From positions 64,001 to 128,000 of the forward strand of contig JAVJQW010000003.1 of assembly GCA_040218735.1 (NCBI GenBank): a DNA stretch of 64,000 bases, in the 5' to 3' direction. The notes below the pieces were generated by a model that ran no database searches, had not been told where the DNA came from, and saw nothing but the letters and a program-made list of their open reading frames with translations. Origin of the DNA: Deltaproteobacteria bacterium (GTDB lineage Bacteria; Myxococcota; Kuafuiibacteriia; Kuafuiibacteriales; Kuafuiibacteriaceae). The first letter of the stretch is position 1, and each line of letters starts with the position of its first letter. This document shows, piece by piece, positions 37,320 through 45,169 of the stretch. Made by a program: the position numbers and the translations under genes.

Positions 37320-37679
37320 GTGCGAATCCTCTACGTCGACGACAGCTCGGCGGACGCGATGCTCGTCCGCAGGCTCCTCGCCAAGTCGGCGATCGACGTC
37401 GAGCTCGTGCACTGCATGACGCGCGAAGAAGCGGTCGAACACGTCCGTTCCGGGGCGTTCGACCTCGTCCTCCTCGACGATTACCTCGGGCTCGTCCGGG
37501 GCGAGCAGGCCCTCGAAGCCCTCATCGGCGCCGGCTACTCCGGCCCGACGGTGATGCTCACGGGGGTCATACGCGAAGGCGCGGAAGCCTCGTTGTCCCA
37601 TTTGGGCTGTAACGTGTGGCTCGACAAGAACCACCTCGACCCGCAGGCCCTCGAAGACGCCATCCGCAAGGTCACCTGA
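37320..37679 (+). CDS. Single-domain response regulator
   Basis: ILYVDD, VLLDDYL, MLTG and LDK receiver motifs. Confidence 0.85.
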   Translation: MRILYVDDSSADAMLVRRLLAKSAIDVELVHCMTREEAVEHVRSGAFDLVLLDDYLGLVRGEQALEALIGAGYSGPTVMLTGVIREGAEASLSHLGCNVWLDKNHLDPQALEDAIRKVT

Positions 37680-37740
37680 ACCGTATCGGGAAGAAACACT
37701 CGTCGCTCCGCGGGTGCGCCTTTGGTAGTCGAACGGCGCG

Positions 37741-39312
37741 ATGCGCTGGGCCCTCCCCATACCAATCCTCCTCGCGGCGTGCGCCACGACCCCCGCGCCC
37801 ACCCCGAAGCTCGACTGCAGCTTGCCCGGGCCACGCGCCGAGGGAGCCTCCATCGAAGACGCCGCGCGCAGCTACGTCGCGGCATGCGGCCTCGCGCAGA
37901 CGAGCTCGCTCACTTCGACGCTCGTGACCTTCCCGACCGTGCGCGCCCGCGAAGGCAAGACCGGCCCGTCCTTCGTCGCGATGCGGCGCTACCTCGAAAA
38001 GTGGAGCGAACGACACGGATTCACGTTCGAGAACTTCGACGACGATCCGTGGGTGATCAGCTGGGGTGAAGGCGACCCGAGCGTCGCGTTTGTCATGCAC
38101 GCCGACGTCGTCCCCGTCGTGGAGGACGTGAAGGCCGAACGACCGAGGGTCCCGTCCGGCTGGTCGACAGCACCGTTCGAAGTCGTCGAACGCCAAGGCC
38201 GCCTCTACGGACGCGGCACCGAGGACGACAAGGGCCCGATCGCCGCGGTGCTCAACACGATGGTCACGCTGAAGTCGCTCGGCTACCAACCGCGCGGGAA
38301 GGTGCAGGCGATCCTCGGCACCGGTGAGGAACACGACTGGGACGGAATGGTCGCCTACGCGAAGAAGGCGCCGCACGCGAAGTTCGTGGTGTCGATCGAC
38401 GCCAACTTCCCCGTCGTCGTCGCCGAGAGCGGATTCGTGCGCTGGCTCCTCACCGCGCCGCGCGGTGCCGTCGGCGACGGCTGCGCCGAGGTCACCGAGG
38501 CGAAGGCCGGACAGTTCCTCACGCAGGTCCCAGGCGAGGCGCTCCTGAAGTTGTCCAGTGCGGGCGGGCTCGACATGGCCGCGCAGTCCATCTCGGACCG
38601 CGCGAACGTGAACACGCAGATCGAGGGCACGACCCTCACGGTCTACGGTCGCGCCGTGCACTCCTCCGTCGCCGACGAAGGTGACAATGCGCTGTGGGCC
38701 CTCGCGCGCGCCGCCGCGAAGCTCAACCTCTGCGACGGCGGCGTGAAGCAGCTCCTCGCCACGGTGGCGAAGTACTTCGACGGCGACCACTGGGGCGAGC
38801 GCCTCGGCGTGGCGTACGACCACGAGACGATGGGGAAGCTGCTCGTCGTACCGACGATGCTCCGCGTGGACGAGGACACGGTGACCCTCTCCATCAACAT
38901 GCGTCGCCCGGCGGGGCGCGACGTCGAAGCGTTCAACGCGATGCTGGACACCGCGCTCGAGAAGATCCGCGCGGAGGTTTCGACCGCGATCCACGAGAAC
39001 CGCGAGCGCCGCTACGTCGGCGAACCGGCGCTCGCCGACACGAAGGGTCCGCTCGTGAACATCCTCCTCGACATCTACCGAAAGGCCTCCGGCGATCCGA
39101 ACGCGAAGCCTCTGTCGATCCGCGGCGGGACCTACGCACGCCTGTTCCCCGGTGCGGTGTCGTTCGGGCCGTCCATCCCGGGCCGTGAGTACCGCGGCCA
39201 CGCACCCGACGAGTACCTCGAGAGCGAGGCGCTCCAGCTGATGAACGTCACGCTGCTGGAGGCGCTCCTCCGGCTGGATTCGGAATTCGGACGGACGAAT
39301 CCGGACGAATGA
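37741..39312 (+). CDS. M20 family dipeptidase (PepV/Sapep-like) lipoprotein
   Basis: LAAC lipobox; HADVVP, GRGTEDDKG, GEE, GGTYAR and HAPDE motifs. Confidence 0.9.
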   Translation: MRWALPIPILLAACATTPAPTPKLDCSLPGPRAEGASIEDAARSYVAACGLAQTSSLTSTLVTFPTVRAREGKTGPSFVAMRRYLEKWSERHGFTFENFDDDPWVISWGEGDPSVAFVMHADVVPVVEDVKAERPRVPSGWSTAPFEVVERQGRLYGRGTEDDKGPIAAVLNTMVTLKSLGYQPRGKVQAILGTGEEHDWDGMVAYAKKAPHAKFVVSIDANFPVVVAESGFVRWLLTAPRGAVGDGCAEVTEAKAGQFLTQVPGEALLKLSSAGGLDMAAQSISDRANVNTQIEGTTLTVYGRAVHSSVADEGDNALWALARAAAKLNLCDGGVKQLLATVAKYFDGDHWGERLGVAYDHETMGKLLVVPTMLRVDEDTVTLSINMRRPAGRDVEAFNAMLDTALEKIRAEVSTAIHENRERRYVGEPALADTKGPLVNILLDIYRKASGDPNAKPLSIRGGTYARLFPGAVSFGPSIPGREYRGHAPDEYLESEALQLMNVTLLEALLRLDSEFGRTNPDE

Positions 39313-39334
39313 GCGGATCGGCCGCCGGCCGCGT

Positions 39335-39350
39335 TGGCCCGCGCGTTGCT
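39335..39350 (+). promoter_or_regulatory. sigma54 -24/-12 promoter
   Basis: TGGCCCGCGCGTTGCT (GG-N10-GC) upstream of ATG 39365. Confidence 0.65.
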
Positions 39351-39364
39351 CTCTCACCGCATCG

Positions 39365-39949
39365 ATGTCCAACGAAACGATCCGACCGAACCTCCCTCGA
39401 CCGATCATCCAGATGAAGCCCGTCGTGTGCTGCGCCAAGGACGGGCACGTCGACTGCACCGTCCCCGCCGAACCGGCCTCCCCGTGGAAGGCGGCGCCCG
39501 CCGCCGACGCGGTGCTCGACGGACGCATCACCCAGCGGCGCGGCCAGTACGGCGGCGCCGTGCGACGCCTCCAGGCCGACCTGGAGCGACACGCACCCGG
39601 TGATGCGCCCCTCGCGACGGATGGCTACTACGGCCCGAAGACCGAGGCGCGCGTGCGTGCGTTCCAGGCGGAGCACGGACTGCAGGTCGACGGCATCGTC
39701 GGTGACGAGACGCAGGCGAAGCTCGACGAGCTCACGATGCGCGACATCCTCCTCGACGATCGCTTCACGCGGCTCCCCGAGACCACGCAGCGCGCGATAC
39801 TCGCGCTCGACAAACACGCGACGCCCGAGACGCGGCGACACCTGATCGCGATGATCACCAGCGAGACGTTCGCCAGGCTCCCCACGGAGGCGCAAGCCAA
39901 CTTGCTCGAGTGGCGTCCGATCGAAGCGCGCGTCGCGATCGGCGTGTAG
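39365..39949 (+). CDS. Peptidoglycan-binding domain (PG_binding_1) protein
   Basis: VRRLQADL...DGYYGPKTEARVRAFQAEHGLQVDGIVGDETQAKL; no signal peptide. Confidence 0.85.
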   Translation: MSNETIRPNLPRPIIQMKPVVCCAKDGHVDCTVPAEPASPWKAAPAADAVLDGRITQRRGQYGGAVRRLQADLERHAPGDAPLATDGYYGPKTEARVRAFQAEHGLQVDGIVGDETQAKLDELTMRDILLDDRFTRLPETTQRAILALDKHATPETRRHLIAMITSETFARLPTEAQANLLEWRPIEARVAIGV

Positions 39950-39952
39950 TCG

Positions 39953-40402
39953 TCAGGCGATCGCGTGCGCCTGCGGGCGCGCGACGGCCGGAACCGGATA
40001 ACCGTCCGCGCGCGCCAGCTCGGCGACGAGGTCGAGTGACGTCACCACGCCGAGCAAGTGTCCGGCGTCGTCGACGACCGCGACCCGGTGCGTTCCGTCC
40101 ATGACCATCACCGCCGCAGCGTTGGCGAGCGAAGCGTTCTTCGGGAGCATCGAGACGACCGGCGTCATGATCTGCGCGACAGAGGTCGTCCACGGGTGCC
40201 CCGAACGCGACGCGCCCAGCAACGCCGACTTCGTGACGATCCCGACGAGGACGTTGTCTTCGTCCACGACGGGGATGCCGCCGATCGACGCCTCGAGCAC
40301 CGCCCCGATCGCCTCGGCGACGCGCGTCTCCGCCGATACCGTGACGAGCTCGGTCGACATGATCCACGCGACCGGTCGTCGTAACCATTCTTCGTTGCTC
40401 AT
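39953..40402 (-). CDS. CBS domain pair protein
   Basis: IPVVDEDNVLVGIVT and VAVVDDAGHLLGVVT; ATGA overlap with the cytochrome gene. Confidence 0.88.
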   Translation of the reverse strand: MSNEEWLRRPVAWIMSTELVTVSAETRVAEAIGAVLEASIGGIPVVDEDNVLVGIVTKSALLGASRSGHPWTTSVAQIMTPVVSMLPKNASLANAAAVMVMDGTHRVAVVDDAGHLLGVVTSLDLVAELARADGYPVPAVARPQAHAIA

Positions 40403-40878
40403 CGTCGATCCCTCCACATCGTCAGCCGCTCCGGGGGCTGCTGCAGGTAAGCCGCGTGACACTGGACGCATGTCGTCGTCAGCGACGCGTAGGCCTGCGT
40501 CATGCCTTCGAGATCCTCGCGGCGCGCTTCGTCGGCGAGCCGCGACGCGTCTTCGACCAGCTGGTCCTGGAGATCGAAGAACGCCGCGGGCAGCCGACTC
40601 GCGAGCTCGGACGCGTCGTTCGCCAACGGGCGCGCGATCCGAGGCTGCGCCGCGATGTCGTCCGCGATCTCCTCGACGCTACGCGTGTCCAGGAACAACA
40701 TCGCCCAGACGAGGTCCGACATATCGCGACCGTGGGTCATCATCCGCTCCGCGAGCAGCTGACGCGCCACGAGCGGGATGTGTTCGGGCTCGGGCATCTG
40801 CCGAACGGTCGGCGCCGCGGGAGGCGGCGCCGACGCGCAGGCAACGGTCACCGGGAGTAGGAGCCACCAGGCACGCAT
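40399..40878 (-). CDS. Cytochrome c'-like (class II) lipoprotein
   Basis: TVAC lipobox, helical body, C-terminal CVQCH. Confidence 0.8.
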   Translation of the reverse strand: MRAWWLLLPVTVACASAPPPAAPTVRQMPEPEHIPLVARQLLAERMMTHGRDMSDLVWAMLFLDTRSVEEIADDIAAQPRIARPLANDASELASRLPAAFFDLQDQLVEDASRLADEARREDLEGMTQAYASLTTTCVQCHAAYLQQPPERLTMWRDRR

Positions 40879-40894
40879 CTCGCGGCCCTGAAAG

Positions 40895-40911
40895 AGCAAG
40901 GCCCGTGCCCA
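40895..40911 (-). promoter_or_regulatory. sigma54 -24/-12 promoter
   Basis: The minus strand reads TGGGCACGGGCCTTGCT (GG-N10-GC) upstream of ATG 40878. Confidence 0.65.
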
Positions 40912-40980
40912 GCGATCGCGGGAGGTGGGATCGGCCCGGCCGTTCCCCTCGGGTAACGAGGGGCGCCTCCGAGTCACCGA

Positions 40981-42348
40981 TCACTGCACGACGATGGCCT
41001 GGTCGAGGATCGCGGTGTTGCCGCTGGCGTCGGTCACCTGGAGCCGCGCGTTGTGGGTCGCGGGCGTCTCCCGGATCGTCGAGTAGAACGGGAGCGAGCC
41101 GGAGTAGGTCGGCGTCGCGCCCGGCACGTAGTCGAGCCAAAGCGTGAAGTTCGTGATCGGGCCGTTGCTGCACGACATGTCGACCGTGAACGACTGACCC
41201 GTCAGCGGCTGCGCCGGGTTCGTCGTGAAACACGCCGACAGCGTGACCCCGTTCACCGTCACGGTGAGCGGGCGCGAAGCCGTCGTGCCCACCGAGTCCG
41301 TGACGAACACCGTGTACGTGCGCGTCTGGCCCGGCGTCGCGACCGGGTTCGGGATGTCCGTCGCGGAGAGGGTGTTGCCCGGGTTCGTCCACGAGAAGCT
41401 GTACGGCGGGACGCCGCCGGCCGCGTTGGCGACGAGCTGCGAGCTACCGCCGGGCGTGATCACCGCGGGGTTCGCGGACGCGAACACACGAAGCGTCACG
41501 GTCACGGTCACGGAGCCGTGCAGCTGCGCGCCGACGGCGTCGGTCACGGTCACGTCGTAGGTCGTGGTCTGCGCGGGGAACGCAACCGGGTTGCGGATGT
41601 TGGTGTTCGACAGCGTCGCGGACGGCGCCCACTGGTAGTTGTACGGCGGCACGCCGCTCGACACACTCACGTCGAGCTGCGACGAGAAGCCGACGTTGAT
41701 GACGGCCGGGTTCGCGGTCACGGTGATGCCCGCGGAGACGGACACGGTCGCGGACGCGAGCGCCACGTTGCCCGCAGCGTCGGTGACCGTGACGTCGTAC
41801 GTCGTCGTCGCGGACGGTGACGCGGTCGGGTTCGCGATCGTCGGATCACTGAGCGTCGCGCCGTTCGACCACGCGTACGTGTACGGTGCGACGCCGCCGG
41901 TCGCGTTTGCGGTCAGCTGTGCGGTGCCGCCAGCGTTGATCGTCCCCGGGGTCGCCGAAGCGGAGACGCTCAAAGGCGTACCGACAGTGATGGTCATCGA
42001 CCCTTCGCCGAAATCATCAACCTGCGAATACAAAAAACCGACGGACGCGTTGAACAACGGCGCGATCGTCGTGGAAGCGCACAGCTCACGCGTCACGCTG
42101 CCGCGCGATCGTATCGTGTGCACGGACAGTCCCGGCGGTTCGTTGCACAACGTGAAGCCGTCCTGCGCGACCCAGTCGACGGCGCAGGGATTCGAAAGCG
42201 CGACGCACTCACCGGGGTTCATCGTGATCGACGGCGTCGTGCACGTGAGTGTCGTCGGTCGCGTGTCACAGTTCGATCGACTCCCGCACAGAACCAAGAA
42301 AGAGACCGATCCGATGAGGAGCTCACGCAAGCGACTTCGACGACCCAT
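40981..42348 (-). CDS. Secreted protein with three tandem Ig-like (SprB/PKD-type) repeats
   Basis: 3x GG..PY.Y.W...TLS...I.NP.A.P..TTTY.VTVTDA repeats plus a C-terminal PKD-like domain. Confidence 0.8.
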   Translation of the reverse strand: MGRRSRLRELLIGSVSFLVLCGSRSNCDTRPTTLTCTTPSITMNPGECVALSNPCAVDWVAQDGFTLCNEPPGLSVHTIRSRGSVTRELCASTTIAPLFNASVGFLYSQVDDFGEGSMTITVGTPLSVSASATPGTINAGGTAQLTANATGGVAPYTYAWSNGATLSDPTIANPTASPSATTTYDVTVTDAAGNVALASATVSVSAGITVTANPAVINVGFSSQLDVSVSSGVPPYNYQWAPSATLSNTNIRNPVAFPAQTTTYDVTVTDAVGAQLHGSVTVTVTLRVFASANPAVITPGGSSQLVANAAGGVPPYSFSWTNPGNTLSATDIPNPVATPGQTRTYTVFVTDSVGTTASRPLTVTVNGVTLSACFTTNPAQPLTGQSFTVDMSCSNGPITNFTLWLDYVPGATPTYSGSLPFYSTIRETPATHNARLQVTDASGNTAILDQAIVVQ

Positions 42349-42548
42349 GGTATCAATCTAGATCGTCCCAAGCATTCGAGAACAGTTGGGTTTTAGTCCG
42401 ATGGGTGCACATCCCATGCGTGTCACGGGGTCCTGACAGCAGCCGCGGCGACATAGGTACACACCCACCCCCCTTCGATCGTCACGCATTCGTCCCCCAC
42501 CTGACCGTTGCGCAGCGCGCACCACCTCGCCATAAACCTTCCGCAATC

Positions 42549-43421
42549 ATGCGATCTCGCCTGGCCTTCGTCGCAGGAACGCTCCTTCTGGTCGCTTGTG
42601 AGAGCGATCCGCTCTACGAGCGCCAGCTCCCGAGGGACGGCGGCGTCGTGTTCGTCCGCGACGGCGGCCCCGCGATCACACCCGACGCGGGCACGCCCGA
42701 CGCCGGCACGCCGGACAGCGGCGAGCCCCCCGTGGCGATGGAACCCGTCTACATCCACACCGGCCAGACGCTGTTTGCCTACGACCCCGCCACGAATACC
42801 ACCTCGCAGATCGGCGACTTCTTCGTCACGAGCGGCCAGCTCGAAGACATGGTCGACATCGCGATCGACTCGCAGGGCCGACTGTTCGGCGGCACGCGAC
42901 AAGCCGGCAGCCAAGCCGACGCGAACCGCATCTACCAGATCGATCCCGAGACTGCGGAGTGTCGCTACCGCTTCTCCTACGACGACACGCTGCACGGCCT
43001 GACGTTCCTCCCGGACGGCCGACTCGTGATCGCCGGCGAGCGCGTGAGCGTCGTCGATCCGATCAGCGGCTCACAGCTCGTCGAGTTCCCCGCGGCAAAC
43101 GCGTACCAGACCTCGGGTGACATCGTCGGCCTCCCCGACGGCAACCTCTACTGGACCGTGCGCGGCGAGCGCCGCATGGACGGCAGCTACGAGAACGACT
43201 CCGTGGTGCGCATCGATCCTTCGACGGGCAACATCTCCTGGCTCGGCGAAGCCGCGGTCACGCGCATCTACGGGCTCGGCTACGCAAACGGTCAGCTGTT
43301 CGGCTTCAGCAGCATGGGCGTCGTCGTGACGATCCAACCGGAGAACGGCGTCGTCGTTCGCCAGGCGCCGCTCGCCGGGCGCTGGTTCGGCGCTACGACG
43401 AACCCGGTGCTCTGGGAGTAG
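42549..43421 (+). CDS. Beta-propeller lipoprotein
   Basis: ATG 42549 LLVAC lipobox; DAG linker; DIAID, GLTFLPDG, SGDIV and YGLGY blades. Confidence 0.75.
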   Translation: MRSRLAFVAGTLLLVACESDPLYERQLPRDGGVVFVRDGGPAITPDAGTPDAGTPDSGEPPVAMEPVYIHTGQTLFAYDPATNTTSQIGDFFVTSGQLEDMVDIAIDSQGRLFGGTRQAGSQADANRIYQIDPETAECRYRFSYDDTLHGLTFLPDGRLVIAGERVSVVDPISGSQLVEFPAANAYQTSGDIVGLPDGNLYWTVRGERRMDGSYENDSVVRIDPSTGNISWLGEAAVTRIYGLGYANGQLFGFSSMGVVVTIQPENGVVVRQAPLAGRWFGATTNPVLWE

Positions 43422-43758
43422 GGAACACTTCCGGCTTCGCACCGCTCGCCGCGGTCGCGAGCAACGCGCGCAACGCTTCGACGAACGCGCGCACGTCGAT
43501 CCCCAACCAAACGTCCGGCGCCGTCTCGAGCACGGTGAGCGCGCGTTCGATCTTGCCGGGCGCCGCGCGCGCGCCGACGTCGTTCACGATCTTGTGGAAC
43601 GCCGCCGCGACGTGGACGAACGCGATCGCGATGTCGAACGACGGGTCGTCCTCCTCGAAACACTCCGCGACGTCCTCGAGGAGCTCGTGTGCCTCGTAGT
43701 GCTCGCCGGCCGCCCACTCGCGGAGTGCTTCGTCGAACAGACGTTTTGCCTTGGTCAC
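43393..43758 (-). CDS. DUF309 domain protein
   Basis: GTG 43758 overlaps the DHH stop; WAAGEHYEAHELLE motif. Confidence 0.75.
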   Translation of the reverse strand: MTKAKRLFDEALREWAAGEHYEAHELLEDVAECFEEDDPSFDIAIAFVHVAAAFHKIVNDVGARAAPGKIERALTVLETAPDVWLGIDVRAFVEALRALLATAASGAKPEVFPTPRAPGSS

Positions 43759-45107
43759 GGCGCCCACGCGAGCACGCGGTCGGCGACGGCGTCGATCGGT
43801 GCGCCCCAGACCCGCGCCGCTGCGGAGTGCCCGTGGCCGCCGCCGCCGAGCCGTTCGGCGATACGAAGTGCGTGCTCGCCGCCAGCGCTGCGGAGGCTGA
43901 CGGTCGTGCGATCCTCCTCCTCGAAGAGGACGGACGCGATGCCGCCGTGCTCGGTGAGGTGCTCGTCCCGGAGCGTCTTGAAGACGATGTCGAGATCGAA
44001 CCGGTGGAAGCGCGGCTCGTCGAGGCGCGCGACATCGAGCACGAGATCGAAGTACGGCGCCGGCACCCGGAGCATCGACAGCGGGAGGTCGCGGTCGTCC
44101 TCGAACGATTCGTAGGTGAGGACGTCGCCGCGCGCGTGCAGCTTGTCGAGCCGCGCCGCGAAGGGCGGAGGGAGGTTCACGAACTTCCCCTCGGCGAGCG
44201 CGCGGACCCGAGGCGAGACGTCCACGGTGATCGCGTCGCGCACGTCCGCGACCGAGCCGCCCGCGCGCTGGAGCATGAACTTGAAGCAACCGAAGTGCGT
44301 GCGGTCGATGCCGGGGTGCTCACCGAACCCGACGTCCGTCGCGAACCCCGCGAGCGCCGGGCGGTAGATCGCGCCGTACTGCCGAGAGGAGATCTGGTGG
44401 TCGAGCTTGCCGATCAACGCGGCCGACATCATCGCGGCGGCGGGGTAGCTCGCGTTGATCCAGGTGACGAAGTCCTGGTCGGGGCGCAAGCCAAACGCTT
44501 CGCGTGACGTTTCACCGCGGTGGTGGTCGACGACCGCGACGTCCTTCGCGTCGGTGAGGAGCCCGTGCGCGCCGCCGATCAGCTCGGGGCTCATCACGTC
44601 CATGACGATCGCGAGGTCCCACGACTTCCCGTCGAGATCCGCGGCGGTGCGGACCTGGCCCTGATCGTCGACGCCGTGCAGCTGCGCGGAGAGATCGTCA
44701 TCGACGCAGACGTCGACGCGTTTGCCGATCGAACGCAGCGCGCGGGAGAGTGACAGCGTCGATCCCACGCAGTCGGCGTCGGGGCGGACGTGACCGATCA
44801 GCAGCACCGATCGCGCGTCGCGGATCCGATCCACGAGCGCGGCGGGGACGTCCGGCAACGAAGCGGGATCCACGGCCGGATAGGTGCGGCACGCGACCGC
44901 CTGCTCGAGCGTGAAGCCATCGCGCAGCGCGAACGTGGTCGCCGGGGTCTTGCTCAGGCGCGGCAGCGCACCGAACCCTCGGACCGGCGGGAGCTGCGGC
45001 TCGGCCCGCTCCACGGAGGGATCCACGTCGGCCGTCGAAAGGCCGGGCGGAGCGATGAGCCCCAGGCGATGGATCCCGAACGACGCCACGCATCCTACAC
45101 CTACCAC
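43755..45107 (-). CDS. DHH family phosphoesterase (NrnA-like) with N-terminal extension; start uncertain
   Basis: GHVRPDADCVGS, VMD, VVDHH, SLRS and GGGGH motifs. Confidence 0.85.
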   Translation of the reverse strand: MVGVGCVASFGIHRLGLIAPPGLSTADVDPSVERAEPQLPPVRGFGALPRLSKTPATTFALRDGFTLEQAVACRTYPAVDPASLPDVPAALVDRIRDARSVLLIGHVRPDADCVGSTLSLSRALRSIGKRVDVCVDDDLSAQLHGVDDQGQVRTAADLDGKSWDLAIVMDVMSPELIGGAHGLLTDAKDVAVVDHHRGETSREAFGLRPDQDFVTWINASYPAAAMMSAALIGKLDHQISSRQYGAIYRPALAGFATDVGFGEHPGIDRTHFGCFKFMLQRAGGSVADVRDAITVDVSPRVRALAEGKFVNLPPPFAARLDKLHARGDVLTYESFEDDRDLPLSMLRVPAPYFDLVLDVARLDEPRFHRFDLDIVFKTLRDEHLTEHGGIASVLFEEEDRTTVSLRSAGGEHALRIAERLGGGGHGHSAAARVWGAPIDAVADRVLAWAP

Positions 45108-45169
45108 ACATGTAGGCAGTCGGTCAGGTTTTCGTCGGTCGAGCGCCCGAGACCGGACGACGCGCCGCG

